A DNA stretch of 64,000 bases from a virus. Its lineage: Duplodnaviria; Caudoviricetes. Location: positions 5,247-69,246 of IMG/VR virus record IMGVR_UViG_2816332575_000003, one strand, 5' to 3'. Position numbers and translations under genes: made by a program. The notes beneath the pieces were generated by a model. The model was not told the origin of the DNA. It was given only the letters and a program-made list of their open reading frames with translations, and did not search any database. This document shows positions 43,925-54,487 of this stretch, piece by piece. Each line of letters begins with the position of its first letter. Position 1 is the stretch's first letter.

Positions 43925-44232
43925 CAGCCCGCTGCGCGGTGTACGCCCATGTCACCAGCAAGGACGGCACCCGGCGCGCCTGGCTGCAGCCCGGCGACCC
44001 GGTGCCCGACTGGGCGCGCCTGGACGCCCGCAACCTCGCATCCGGCAGCCAGCCGGCCGACGAGACACCGGCCGCGGCGGCACCCCCGCCGGCCCGGTCC
44101 GGCAAGGGCTCGGGCGCCGAGGCGTGGCGGGCCTACGCCGAACGCCACGGCGTCGACGTCACCGCGGACATGAGCCGCGACGACATCATCGCCGCCTGCG
44201 AGCAGGCCGGCGTCGTCTTGCCGGAGGAGTGA
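43921..44232 (+). CDS. Small protein with HeH/SAP-like C-terminus
   Basis: GSGAEAWRAYA...MSRDDIIAAC. Confidence 0.6.
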   Translation: MTARCAVYAHVTSKDGTRRAWLQPGDPVPDWARLDARNLASGSQPADETPAAAAPPPARSGKGSGAEAWRAYAERHGVDVTADMSRDDIIAACEQAGVVLPEE

Positions 44233-44235
44233 GCG

Positions 44236-44643
44236 GTGGCGGCTTACGCGACGGTCGCCGACTACGAGGCCCGCGCAGCCGTCACCCTCGCCGAGCCGCA
44301 GCGCTCCCAGGTGCAGGCCCTGCTGGAGGACATCGCCGCCCTGATCCGTACCAGCATCCCGGCCGGCACCCAGCCGGATCCGGATGTGGCGCGCGCGGTC
44401 AGCGTGGCGGTGGCCCGCCGCACCATGGCCAACCCGGGCGGCTACCGGCAGCGCACCGTGGGCCAGTACTCGGAGACGCTCGGCGAGACCGGCGGGATGT
44501 ATCTGACGGACGCCGAGCTGGAGGCGCTGACCGCGAACGGCAGCGGCAGCGGCGGGGATGCTGCCTACTCGGTGGGGCTGCGTGACCCGGGTCCGGTGTG
44601 GCTCCCGGACTGCGGGCCGCGCTGGCCGCCGCCCTGGTGCTGA
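44236..44643 (+). CDS. Head-tail adaptor
   Basis: YATVAD...NPGG...TVGQYS. Confidence 0.8.
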   Translation: MAAYATVADYEARAAVTLAEPQRSQVQALLEDIAALIRTSIPAGTQPDPDVARAVSVAVARRTMANPGGYRQRTVGQYSETLGETGGMYLTDAELEALTANGSGSGGDAAYSVGLRDPGPVWLPDCGPRWPPPWC

Positions 44644-44660
44644 ACTGAGAGGCGGTCGCC

Positions 44661-45005
44661 GTGTTCCACCAGACGATCGTCCGTCTCCGGGCGGGTCAGC
44701 GCACCGACCGGGGTGGCAACACCGTCCCGGACTGGTCACCCGACAAGGTCTCCCGCCTGCCGGTGGCGTCGGTGAGCGTGCAGCCCACCACCCAGACCGA
44801 GCAGGCCGACCCCACCCGCACCGCGGTCGTCACCGGCTGGCAGGTCATCACCGCGCCGGGCGTGGACGCCGACATCGAGGCCCGCGACCGCATCGAGTGG
44901 AACGGCATGGTCCTGGAGGTCGCCGGCGAGGTCGGCCGCTACTCCGACTTCCTGAGCAACGCGACCCACCATCTGGAGTTCGTCATGCGCCGTGCCACGG
45001 GATAG
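44661..45005 (+). CDS. Head closure protein
   Basis: DRGGN.VPDW, VQP, DRIEW. Confidence 0.78.
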   Translation: MFHQTIVRLRAGQRTDRGGNTVPDWSPDKVSRLPVASVSVQPTTQTEQADPTRTAVVTGWQVITAPGVDADIEARDRIEWNGMVLEVAGEVGRYSDFLSNATHHLEFVMRRATG

Positions 45006-45013
45006 GAGGCGAC

Positions 45014-45295
45014 GTGCTGCAGGAATTGCGGCTCAACCGCGCCGGGGTGCGCGAACTCCTCGTCTCCGACGGCGTGCGCCAGATGGTGTCCGCCGCCGCC
45101 GAACGCATCGGCGCGCGCGTGCGGGCCGGCCTCCCGGAGGGCACGGATGTGGTCGTCGGCCACTACACCACCGACCGGGCCGCCTCCACCGTGGTGATCC
45201 GCAGCATCAAGGGCATGGCGTGGCAGGCCCGCGACGGTGTCCTGACCCGGGCCGCGGGCGCCGAGGGCCTGGACGTCAGGGCGTGGCAGCGGTGA
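45014..45295 (+). CDS. Neck / tail completion protein
   Basis: LNRAGVRELL...LTRAAG. Confidence 0.72.
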   Translation: MLQELRLNRAGVRELLVSDGVRQMVSAAAERIGARVRAGLPEGTDVVVGHYTTDRAASTVVIRSIKGMAWQARDGVLTRAAGAEGLDVRAWQR

Positions 45296-45714
45296 GCAAG
45301 GTGCTGGTCGTCTTCCCGGACGTACAGGCCGCGGGCGCGCAGGTGCTGCGTATGGCCCTGGCAGGGCGATCGGAGCCGTTCGTGGCCGGGGCCACGGTCG
45401 GCACGCGGGTGCCGGGGGACCGCACGCCCGAGACGCCGTACCTGCCCTACGTCCTGGTGCGTCTGGACGCCGACTTGCCGCACTCCTCCATGGCCAACAC
45501 CCGGGCCACGCTGCGGGTGACCGTCTGGCACGCCGGTGCCGATGAGGCCCACGACCTGGCCCAACTGGCCCGCGGGCTGCTGCTCGTCCACGACGGCACC
45601 GTGCTGCGGTCCGTGCGGCCGGGCACCGGCCCGCTGCCTGCGACCGACCCGGACAGCGGCATCGACCTGTCCACCTTCACCGTCATCGCCAACGTCCGGC
45701 CGACCTTGGCGTGA
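45292..45714 (+). CDS. Tail terminator
   Basis: Position; TLRVTVW...AHDLA. Confidence 0.72.
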   Translation: MSKVLVVFPDVQAAGAQVLRMALAGRSEPFVAGATVGTRVPGDRTPETPYLPYVLVRLDADLPHSSMANTRATLRVTVWHAGADEAHDLAQLARGLLLVHDGTVLRSVRPGTGPLPATDPDSGIDLSTFTVIANVRPTLA

Positions 45715-45767
45715 CTGTCCAGTCGAACCGCGCGCCCTTCGAACCGACCCAGTAAGAGGAGGACGCC

Positions 45768-46289
45768 GTGGCCGGCGACCCGACAAAGGCAAGTCTGTGG
45801 ACGGATGCCGACGTGTACGTCGGCCCGCTCACCGCCGTGAACCCGGCGACCGTGGATGATCCTTTCCCTGCCGAGTGGGGCCTGGTGGGCCTGCTGGACG
45901 GGGATGAGGGTTTCACCGAGTCCCGTGACGAGGACACCGACGACCTGTATGCCTGGGGTGGCATTCTCGTGCGGACCTCGCGCGCGCACTTCAAGCTGAC
46001 CAAGTCGTTTGTGGCGCTGGAGGACAACGCGACCACGCGCAGCCTGATCTGGCCGGGCAGCACGGAGACGCAGATCATTGTCCCGAAGCCCGCCCGCGTG
46101 AAGATCGGTTTCGAGACGCGTGAGGGCGACACCGTCAAGCGTCTGATCACCGCGCAGTACGCCGAGGTCGACGTGGACGGCGACATCCAGGAGAACGAAA
46201 CCGACCTCACGGCCGTCACCCTCGTCGCCACCATCTTCCCCACCAGCGGCAAGGTCCTCTTCGACCGCCAGTACACCGCTGGTGCCTAA
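45768..46289 (+). CDS. Major tail protein
   Basis: WGLVGLLDGDEG...AWGG...ALEDN. Confidence 0.8.
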   Translation: MAGDPTKASLWTDADVYVGPLTAVNPATVDDPFPAEWGLVGLLDGDEGFTESRDEDTDDLYAWGGILVRTSRAHFKLTKSFVALEDNATTRSLIWPGSTETQIIVPKPARVKIGFETREGDTVKRLITAQYAEVDVDGDIQENETDLTAVTLVATIFPTSGKVLFDRQYTAGA

Positions 46290-46365
46290 GACCCCGGGGC
46301 GCGGAGTTCGCGCGGTTCACCGCGCCCCGGCCTACCCTCAACCGCGCACAGAGGGAGAACCGCGC

Positions 46366-46581
46366 ATGGCACGCATCCAGGTACTCGAACTCCCCATGGT
46401 CGACCACGGCGACGACGGCATGGAGACGCCGTTCGTCCTCATCATTGATCAAGCCGACGACGGACTCTCTGAACGCATCGCCCGCTGGTCGGAGGACATC
46501 ACCAAGCGAATCGGCGCTCGGCAAGTCCTCTGCTTCCCCGGCTCCATCAGCATCCCCGCCAACGAGGTCCGGGTGAGCTGA
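46366..46581 (+). CDS. Small hypothetical protein
   Basis: MARIQVLELP...TPFVLIIDQ; RBS present. Confidence 0.55.
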   Translation: MARIQVLELPMVDHGDDGMETPFVLIIDQADDGLSERIARWSEDITKRIGARQVLCFPGSISIPANEVRVS

Positions 46582-46583
46582 CC

Positions 46584-46934
46584 GTGCCCCTGTCGTACAG
46601 CGACGCCAAGATCCAGGCCAAGGCCGAACTGCTCGGACTCGTGCAGCCCGGTAGTCAGCTGCCGCGCCGTCTCCGCGGCAAGGTCGTGGCCGCGCTCGCC
46701 GCCGAGCAGCAGCGGCCCGCGGTCGCCGATGACGTGCCGCTGGCCACGTCCATCATCGTCGAGCCCGGGGGCGGCATCACGGTCGACGGACGCCCGTTTC
46801 CGTGGATCGTCCAGGCCGACCGGATCGAGGTCACCATCGGCCCGGACGGCGCCGGCATGGTCCGGCTGACCATCCCCGCCGCCAATGTCCAGATCACCAA
46901 GCCCGCCACGCCCGAGAGCGAGAACCGCGCATGA
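46584..46934 (+). CDS. Hypothetical protein
   Basis: In-operon ORF. Confidence 0.55.
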   Translation: MPLSYSDAKIQAKAELLGLVQPGSQLPRRLRGKVVAALAAEQQRPAVADDVPLATSIIVEPGGGITVDGRPFPWIVQADRIEVTIGPDGAGMVRLTIPAANVQITKPATPESENRA

Positions 46935-47275
46935 GCACACGAACCGCGCCCCGTAAGACCGCAGACGACCAGCCGTTCGACTTCAACCTCGACGCCGTCG
47001 AAGCCGAGGTCGAGCTGAGGCCGTTCCGCTTCCACTGGAAGAGGCGCCGCTGGGAGATGGAGCACCTGCAGGGCCTTGACGTCTGGGGCCTGATGGAGGC
47101 CGCCGAACAGGGCGAGACCGGCGCCATGCTCGGCGTCTTCCAGGCCGCGCTCGGCGACGACTTCGCCGAATTCCACAAGATCCCGCTGCCGCAGTACAAG
47201 CTCAAGCCCCTCTTCGACGCCTACCGCCACCACTGCGGGCTGGCCGAGGGGGAATCTCCGGCCTCCGAGAGCTGA
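46931..47275 (+). CDS. Tail assembly chaperone G
   Basis: Two genes upstream of the tape measure gene; slippery GGGGGAA at 47248-47254. Confidence 0.8.
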   Translation: MSTRTAPRKTADDQPFDFNLDAVEAEVELRPFRFHWKRRRWEMEHLQGLDVWGLMEAAEQGETGAMLGVFQAALGDDFAEFHKIPLPQYKLKPLFDAYRHHCGLAEGESPASES

Positions 47276-47700
47276 TCCGTCGACACGGACGAGCCTTGGA
47301 GGCGGACCTCCGCCGCGAATACGGGGTACGGCTGCGGGATCTATATCTCCGGGACGCCGACGGCCACCCGCGGCTGACCTGGCGAGAGCTGAGCACCTAC
47401 ATTCAGCGCCTGCCCCCGGATTCCGCGACCCGCACCGCGCTGAACGACGGCGTGCCGGAGCCGAGCAGCGAGACTCTGGTCCTGGCTGACCTCTTCGACA
47501 TGCTCGCGGTCATGGACTGGCATCAAGCGCAGGCCAACAGCGACCCGAAGAAACGCAAACCCAAGGCGCCCAAGCCGTATCCGCGCTGGTGGGAGAAGAA
47601 GACGCCGCGCCACAGCCCCGAGCGGGTCGCCCGCATCGAAGACGCCCGGCGCCGCAAACGCGAACGCGAGCGAGCCATCACCGAGGGGCGTATCGCCTGA
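47248..47700 (+). CDS. Tail assembly chaperone T part (G-T via -1 frameshift)
   Basis: The -1 frame is open from the slippery site (GISGLRELIRRHGRALEADL...PKPYPR). Confidence 0.75.
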   Translation, partial: GGISGLRELIRRHGRALEADLRREYGVRLRDLYLRDADGHPRLTWRELSTYIQRLPPDSATRTALNDGVPEPSSETLVLADLFDMLAVMDWHQAQANSDPKKRKPKAPKPYPRWWEKKTPRHSPERVARIEDARRRKRERERAITEGRIA

Positions 47701-47722
47701 CGAGACGGACGGGGGTGCACCG

Positions 47723-50700
47723 ATGCCCTCCGTCGGTTACGCAACTTTGCAGGTCATACCGTCGGTGCGGGGTATCGAAGCCGAGCTGCGCCGCCAGTTG
47801 GTCGGACCTTCCATCGCCGCCGGAGGCCAGGCTGGGCAGGCCGCCGGAGAGGGGCTCCGCAACAAGGTCAAGGCGGGAGCCGCTCTTGCGGGCGCGGCGG
47901 CCGGTGCCCTGCTGGTCAAGGGCATTACCGACGCCATCGACCAGGCGAACGTCACCTCGACGCTGCAGGCGCAGCTCGGCACCTCCAACAAAGTCGCCGC
48001 CGACCAGGGCAAGCTCGCCGGAAAGCTCTACGGATCAGGGGTCGCGAACTCCTTTCAGGAGGCCGCGGACGCCATCAAGGCGACCGTGCAGGCGGGCTTG
48101 GCCCCGCCTGGCACCACGAACGCTCAGCTTCAGCAGATCGCCACCAAGGCCAGTGACGTCGCGAACGTCTTCGGCCAGGATCTCGGGGGCGTCACCAATG
48201 CCGTCAGTCAGCTCATGCGCACCGGGCTGGCGAAGAACTCCGGCCAGGCATTCGACCTGATTACGCGCGGGTTCCAGTCCGGCGCGAACAAGGCCGACGA
48301 CCTGCTGGACGTGCTGAACGAGTACAGCACGCAGTTCGCCAAGATGGGCCTGAGCGGTGCTCAGGCCGTCGGTGTTATCAACCAGGCGATCCGGGGCGGT
48401 GCCCGGGACGCCGACGTGGTTGCCGACGCCTTCAAAGAGTTTTCCCTGCGGGCCGTCGACGGCACGGACAAGACCGCCGCCGCGTTCAAGACGCTCGGCA
48501 TCGACGCCACCTCGTTCGTCGCCGAGTTCAGCAAGGGCGGGGCCAGCAGCCAGAAAGCCCTGGACCTGGTCTTCGACCGGCTGCGTACCCTCAAAGGCGC
48601 CCAGTGGCAGAACGTCGTCGCCGATCTTTTCGGCGGGCCGGGTGAAGACCTCGGCCAGGCGATCAACGCGATTGATGTCTCGCGGGCCACTACCCAGCTC
48701 GGCGCGCTCAAGGGGGCGACCGATCAGGTCGGCAAGACGCTGCGCTCCGGCCCCACCCATGAGATCCAGGTCTTCGTGCGGGGGCTGCAGCAGGGCCTGG
48801 TCAACATCGTCGGCGGGCAAGTACTGCCGATCCTCGGGCAGGTCGCGCGGTGGTTCAGCACCAACCTGCTGCCGCCGATCCGGGCAGTCGCCACGGTCGT
48901 CGCCGCCATCCTCATCCCGGCCCTGACCGGGTTGTGGACGGCGGGTACCGCCGTGGTCGGCTGGCTGCAGTCGATGGGCACGTGGCTGATCCCCATCGGC
49001 ATCGCCGTGACCGGCCTGACGGTCGCCATCACCGCGCAGCGCATCGCCGTCGCCCTGACCACTGCGGTGTTCTCCGTCTACCGCGGGGCGATCCTGGCGT
49101 GGGCTGCAGTGCAGCGGGGCGCGACGATCGTGCAGGCGGCGTTCAACGCGGTCATGTCCGCGAACCCCGTGATCCTTGTGATTACGGCGATCCTCGCGCT
49201 CGGCGCCGCCATCGTCGTCGCCTACCAGCGCGTCGGATGGTTCCGCACCGCGGTACAGGCCGCCTGGCTGGGTATCCAGACGGCCGCGTCCTGGGCGTGG
49301 AACAACGTGCTGCTGCCGGTGTTCAATGCCTTCCGGGCCGGTCTGTCGGCGATCGGCGCGGCGGCAACATGGCTCTGGACGACGGTCTTGTCGCCCGTGT
49401 TCAGCTTCATCGGGACTGCAGCCCGTATCCTCGCCACGATCATTGGCGTGATCGTGGTCGGCCCGATCATCATCGCCATCCGCGCTCTCGGCGCGATCTT
49501 CTCGTGGCTGTGGACGAACATCATCTCGCCGGTCGTCGGGTGGATCGGCGCGCGCGTCTCCTGGCTGAACACGAACATCATCCAGCCCAACATCGCCTTG
49601 ATTCGTGGGGCCATCTCGGCACTCGGTTCGGCGTTCTCCTGGCTCTGGCAGAGCGTCGTTCAGCCTGTGCTCGGATGGATCGCCTCCAGGGCGATCTGGC
49701 TCTGGACCTACGGTATTCAGCCCAGCTTCGGTCTGCTGCGCGGCGGCCTGGCCGCAGTCGGCTCCGCCTTTTCATGGCTGTGGAGGAGCGTTGTTCAGCC
49801 GGTCTTCGGGTGGATCGGCGATCGGATCGGCTGGGTCTGGCGCACCCTGATCAAGCCCGCGTTCGACCTGATCGGCCGTGGCGTGTCCGCAGTGGGCCGC
49901 AGCTTCGAGGACGCAAAGAACTTCATCGGCCGGGCCTGGTCCCAGGTGCAGGACATCGCGAAAAAACCCGTCAGGTTCATCATCGGCACCGTCTACAACC
50001 GCGGCATTGTGCCCACCTGGAATCTCATCGCGGACGCCTTCGGGGCACCGAAGATCAAGGCGATGGACATCCGCGGGTGGGCCCGTGGTGGCCCGGTGTT
50101 CGGGGCCGGGACGGAGACCTCGGACGACGTTCCCGCGTGGCTCTCGCGCAACGAACACGTATGGACGGCCAAGGAGGTACGCGGCGCTGGCGGACACGGT
50201 GCGGTCGCCGCTCTGCGCAGCTGGGCTGCGTCTGGTGGCGGGCGTAAAGGCACCCCGGCCTTCAAGGATGGTGGCGGCCTGTTCGGCTGGATCGGCTCGG
50301 CCGCCTCCGCCCTGAAGGGCGTGGGCTCCTCGGTCTGGAGCGGGATCAAGAAGGCCGCCTCCTGGCTGGCCGACACACTGGAGGCGTCCGCACGCGCAGG
50401 CGTCAAGCATGTGGTGGACCCGCTGCTGGCCAGAATGCCGGGGGCGGACACGGGCTTCGGAAAGATGATCCGCCGCCTCCCGACAAAAGCACTCGATGCG
50501 ATCTTCGGGTACAGCAAGAAGGCCGACGAGAAGGGAGCTGGCGGTGTGGGCACCATCGGCGGCGTCATCCCCTCAGGTAGCCGTCGGGCCATCATCAGCC
50601 AGGCGCTGGCTGCTGCCCACGTTCCGCCGCCCGGCACCATGAGCCAGTGGCTCGCCGGGATGAACACCCTGATCTCCAGGGAGAGCGGTTGGAATCCGCG

Positions 50701-51163
50701 GGCGCGCAACAACTGGGACATCAATGCGAAGAACGGCATCCCTTCGCAGGGCCTGGCGCAGACGATCCCGCCGACCTGGAGCGCCTACGTCCCCAACTCC
50801 CTCCGGAGCAGGGGAATCCTTGATCCAGTTTCCAACGTCGCGGCCGCCATTCGCTACATCGTCGCCCGGTACGGCAACATCACCCGCGTTCAGCAGGCGA
50901 ACGCGAACAGGCCGCCAGCTGGCTACGACTCCGGCGGCTGGCTCATGCCCGGCTACACCGCCGCCTACAACGGCACCGGGCAGCCCGAGGCGGTCCTGAC
51001 CAGCCAGCAGTGGTCCGCCATGTCGGCCGCCGCGGCACGCAGCGAGGAGCCCGTCATCGTGGAGGTGCACGCCCGGGATGACGCGCTCGCCGACTTCATC
51101 GACGTGCGCGTGCACCGCGGACAGCAACAGCTCACCAGCGTGCTCCGCGCCGGGAGGAGGTGA
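47723..51163 (+). CDS. Tape measure protein with C-terminal lytic transglycosylase
   Basis: 1146 aa, Trp-periodic repeats; RESGWNP.A.NNWD.N...SQGL.Q SLT motif. Confidence 0.93.
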   Translation: MPSVGYATLQVIPSVRGIEAELRRQLVGPSIAAGGQAGQAAGEGLRNKVKAGAALAGAAAGALLVKGITDAIDQANVTSTLQAQLGTSNKVAADQGKLAGKLYGSGVANSFQEAADAIKATVQAGLAPPGTTNAQLQQIATKASDVANVFGQDLGGVTNAVSQLMRTGLAKNSGQAFDLITRGFQSGANKADDLLDVLNEYSTQFAKMGLSGAQAVGVINQAIRGGARDADVVADAFKEFSLRAVDGTDKTAAAFKTLGIDATSFVAEFSKGGASSQKALDLVFDRLRTLKGAQWQNVVADLFGGPGEDLGQAINAIDVSRATTQLGALKGATDQVGKTLRSGPTHEIQVFVRGLQQGLVNIVGGQVLPILGQVARWFSTNLLPPIRAVATVVAAILIPALTGLWTAGTAVVGWLQSMGTWLIPIGIAVTGLTVAITAQRIAVALTTAVFSVYRGAILAWAAVQRGATIVQAAFNAVMSANPVILVITAILALGAAIVVAYQRVGWFRTAVQAAWLGIQTAASWAWNNVLLPVFNAFRAGLSAIGAAATWLWTTVLSPVFSFIGTAARILATIIGVIVVGPIIIAIRALGAIFSWLWTNIISPVVGWIGARVSWLNTNIIQPNIALIRGAISALGSAFSWLWQSVVQPVLGWIASRAIWLWTYGIQPSFGLLRGGLAAVGSAFSWLWRSVVQPVFGWIGDRIGWVWRTLIKPAFDLIGRGVSAVGRSFEDAKNFIGRAWSQVQDIAKKPVRFIIGTVYNRGIVPTWNLIADAFGAPKIKAMDIRGWARGGPVFGAGTETSDDVPAWLSRNEHVWTAKEVRGAGGHGAVAALRSWAASGGGRKGTPAFKDGGGLFGWIGSAASALKGVGSSVWSGIKKAASWLADTLEASARAGVKHVVDPLLARMPGADTGFGKMIRRLPTKALDAIFGYSKKADEKGAGGVGTIGGVIPSGSRRAIISQALAAAHVPPPGTMSQWLAGMNTLISRESGWNPRARNNWDINAKNGIPSQGLAQTIPPTWSAYVPNSLRSRGILDPVSNVAAAIRYIVARYGNITRVQQANANRPPAGYDSGGWLMPGYTAAYNGTGQPEAVLTSQQWSAMSAAAARSEEPVIVEVHARDDALADFIDVRVHRGQQQLTSVLRAGRR

Positions 51164-53394
51164 TCATGGGGATCCCCGGGAATCTCCTGTCGTCGACGAC
51201 GGAGTCGATCGACCCGAACACCAGCGGCTGGACCAGCAAGCTGAACTGCACGCTGTCGCTGGGCTCCGGCGGCCGGAACGGCGACGGCGTCCTGACCGTG
51301 AAGAGCACGGCTGCGGGCGAGATGCAGGCCCGCACGGTGTCCTCGTACCCGGTCACCGAGGGAACGACGTACCACGTCTTCGCGGACGCGTCGGGCGCGG
51401 TACCGGAGCGGATCGGCATCCGGTGGCTGACGTGGGCCGGGGCGGAGATTTCGGTGACGTGGTCGCTGACCACGTCGGCGGCCTCCGCCAGCTGGCACCG
51501 CGTGAGCGTCGCCGGGACGGCGCCGACGTGGGCGGTCCGGGCACAGGTGCTGCTGTCCAGCACCCCGGCCGGGGCCGCCGTCCAGCACTACTGGGAGAAC
51601 GTCTACCTCGGTCTTCCTCAGCGCACGGTCGGTAACCTGCTCGGCTTCAACACCGAGACGTCGGAGGTTGACGCCTCCGGGTGGGCCGCCGAGGTCAACG
51701 CGACCGTCACCCGGCAGGCGCCCCCGGTGACGTGGGCGGCGACCGCCTACACAGCGGGCGGCCACGTCCTTGCGGTCACCGCGACAGCGGCGGGTAACGC
51801 CTCGGCGGTGTCCATTGAGCGGCCGATCGTCACCCCGGGCAGCGAGTACACCGCCTTCACGTACTTGTCGCCGCCGACCATGGCTGCCACCACGTGGATC
51901 GAGTTGAGGTTCTACGACGTCAACGGCAACCAGGTCGGCGCATCTCGCGGCACGCTCGCGGCGCCAAGCATCGGCTGGTTCCGGCAGCGCGCCTCCGCCG
52001 CCGCTCCGGCGACCGCGGCGACGTGCGGCGTGGCGGTGGGTATCGACGGGGCGAGCGCCGGGCAGGTGCTGCGTCTGGAGTCCACGGGGGTGGGCTTGTC
52101 GGGCGCCGCCCATGCGGGCACGGTCATCCCCTACGTCTCGACGTCGTTCGAGCAGGACGCGGGTGGCTGGACCATCACCTCGGGGGCGGCCACCGTGGCC
52201 CGCACGGTGCCGTGGGGTACGGCCGCGATCGACGGCTCGTACTCCCTGACCGTCACCAGCGCCACCGCGACGGCGAGCGTGCTGCGCTCCCCACGCTTTC
52301 CACTGACGCCGGGCGTCGGCCTCAACTGGCGCTCGGAGATCTACAGCCTGGTGGCGGCGGGCGGCTGGACCGCGGTGCGCGGCATCCGCTGGTACGACGC
52401 CGCGAACAACAGCATCAGCTTGTCCTCGGTGCCCGCCGCCGCGGTACCGGCCTCGGGCTGGTGGATCCTGTCCAACGACTGGATCGCCCCGGCGAACGCG
52501 ACGCAAGCGGCGATCGAGTGGACGCTCACCGCCACCAGCACCAACAGCACGCTCCGCTTCGACGTGGTGTCGCTGTGGCCGGCGCTGCCGCTCCAGCACG
52601 TGGACGTCGACAACGCCGCCGCGGCCATCACGCTGACCCTGCGCGAGCTGCCCGTCGGCTATCTGATCACGGTGTATCGGACCGGACAGGACGGCAGCCA
52701 GACGCTCGTGCGCGGCCCGTCAGGGCTCCTCAACAAGACGACGATCACCTCAGACCTGATGGTGATCGAGGACTACGAGGCGCCGCTCGGCGTGCCCGTC
52801 GCCTACCGCGTCGAGATCGTCCCGGCGGCCGGGGGCGGCATCCAGATCCGCACCACCGAGACCGTCACCATCGACCCCGGCGACCCGCAGGAAGCCTGGC
52901 TGAAAGATCCAGGACAGCCGCAGCGGAACACGAAGGTGCTGGTAGAGAAGGCGCCGGACTGGTCCCGGCCAATCGAGCAGGCCACCTACCGGGTCAAGGG
53001 CCGCCGCAACGCCGTGGTGCTGTCGGGCCTGCGCGGCGGGCTGGAGGGGGACCTCTCCATCTGGACGCGCACCGACGACGAGCGGGCCCGGCTGCACTGG
53101 CTGCTCGACTCCGGCAACGTCCTGCTGTGGCAGGCCGTGCCGGGCATGGGCGTGGCGGACATGTACGTCACCGTCGGCGAGGTCACCGAAGGCCGGATCG
53201 GCGGCCCGGCACAGGAGCCGTGGCGCACGTGGAAACTGCCACTCGTCGAGGCCGACATGCCTGTCTCGGTCGGTGTCGGCGGCACGTCCGGGCGCACCTG
53301 GCAGGATCTCCTGTCCGGGTTCACGACCTGGGCTGACGTCCTGGCCGTCTACGCGACAGGCGAGGATCTCCTCTTCGACCGCCGCAGGGGGTGA
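51160..53394 (+). CDS. Distal-tail-like protein with carbohydrate-binding modules
   Basis: Three CBM-like repeats, then DYEAPLG...WLKDPG. Confidence 0.75.
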   Translation: MIMGIPGNLLSSTTESIDPNTSGWTSKLNCTLSLGSGGRNGDGVLTVKSTAAGEMQARTVSSYPVTEGTTYHVFADASGAVPERIGIRWLTWAGAEISVTWSLTTSAASASWHRVSVAGTAPTWAVRAQVLLSSTPAGAAVQHYWENVYLGLPQRTVGNLLGFNTETSEVDASGWAAEVNATVTRQAPPVTWAATAYTAGGHVLAVTATAAGNASAVSIERPIVTPGSEYTAFTYLSPPTMAATTWIELRFYDVNGNQVGASRGTLAAPSIGWFRQRASAAAPATAATCGVAVGIDGASAGQVLRLESTGVGLSGAAHAGTVIPYVSTSFEQDAGGWTITSGAATVARTVPWGTAAIDGSYSLTVTSATATASVLRSPRFPLTPGVGLNWRSEIYSLVAAGGWTAVRGIRWYDAANNSISLSSVPAAAVPASGWWILSNDWIAPANATQAAIEWTLTATSTNSTLRFDVVSLWPALPLQHVDVDNAAAAITLTLRELPVGYLITVYRTGQDGSQTLVRGPSGLLNKTTITSDLMVIEDYEAPLGVPVAYRVEIVPAAGGGIQIRTTETVTIDPGDPQEAWLKDPGQPQRNTKVLVEKAPDWSRPIEQATYRVKGRRNAVVLSGLRGGLEGDLSIWTRTDDERARLHWLLDSGNVLLWQAVPGMGVADMYVTVGEVTEGRIGGPAQEPWRTWKLPLVEADMPVSVGVGGTSGRTWQDLLSGFTTWADVLAVYATGEDLLFDRRRG

Positions 53395-53395
53395 C

Positions 53396-54487
53396 GTGTA
53401 CCCGGTCAGCTCGCGGTTCCTCGCCGCCCTCACCGAGTCCCACACGCCTGCCGTCGAGGTCGTTCTCTTCCGGGCGGACGGCCGTGTCGAGACGCTGGAG
53501 GTCACCGGCGGGTCGGTGACGGTGGACCGCGGGCAGGCGATCCGCCGTACCTGCACGGTCGCCATCGCCGACACGGCGCTGATCCCGCGCACGCCCGCCG
53601 ACAAGCTGTCCGTGTACGGCGCTCGGCTGCGGATCTCACGCGGCGTCCAGTACGGCGACGGGGTCAAGGAGCTGGTGCCGCTCGGTGTCTTCCGGCTGGA
53701 CTCCGTCGAGGGCGACGTCGACGAGGGCCCGGTCACGCTGACCGGCAAGGCCCTCGAAGCGGTGGTGCAGGACGACCGCTTCACCGCGCCGTACCGCGCG
53801 TCGGGCACCGCGGTGGGCGCCGTCACCGCGCTCATCCAGCGCAGCATCCCGGACGCCGCGGTGGTGAACAGGGCGACGGACGCCACCATCGGCCCGCGGA
53901 CCTGGGACGTCGAGGGCGACCCGTGGGCGGCCGTGCAGGAGTGCGCGGCAGCGATCGGTGCCGAGGTGTACTGCGACGCTGACGGCGTGTTCGTCATCGC
54001 CGAGCTGCCCGACCTACTCACCACCAGCCCGGCCTGGACGGTGGCGGCGGGGGAGGGCGGCGCCTACATCAAGGCCGACCGCGGCATGACCTCGGACAAG
54101 GTCTACAACGGCGTCTTGGCCAGGGGCGAGAACACCGAGAGCAACACGGCCCCGGTGGCGGCGCTCGTCGTGGACGACGATGCGACCAGCCCGACCTTCT
54201 GGGACGGCCCTTTCGGTCATCGGCCGACCTTCTACACCAGCTCGACGCTCACCAGCAGCGTCGCAGCCGAGGGCGCCGCGCGACTCAAGCTGCGGGCGAC
54301 CAAGTCTCCGAACTCCAGCGGCGACCTGAGCAGCCTGCCGAACCCCGCCTTGGAGCCGGGCGACGTGATCCGCGTCGTCTACCCGGACGGCACCCGCGAG
54401 CTGCACCAGATCCAGAGCTTGTCCGTACCGCTGGACGTGGGCGGGGACTTCCCGATCACCACGATCGCCGCGAAGGAGGACGCGTGA
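53396..54487 (+). CDS. Minor tail / hub protein (DUF5047-like)
   Basis: GGSVTVDR...IRRTC, VPLGVFR, NPALEPGD. Confidence 0.8.
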   Translation: MYPVSSRFLAALTESHTPAVEVVLFRADGRVETLEVTGGSVTVDRGQAIRRTCTVAIADTALIPRTPADKLSVYGARLRISRGVQYGDGVKELVPLGVFRLDSVEGDVDEGPVTLTGKALEAVVQDDRFTAPYRASGTAVGAVTALIQRSIPDAAVVNRATDATIGPRTWDVEGDPWAAVQECAAAIGAEVYCDADGVFVIAELPDLLTTSPAWTVAAGEGGAYIKADRGMTSDKVYNGVLARGENTESNTAPVAALVVDDDATSPTFWDGPFGHRPTFYTSSTLTSSVAAEGAARLKLRATKSPNSSGDLSSLPNPALEPGDVIRVVYPDGTRELHQIQSLSVPLDVGGDFPITTIAAKEDA

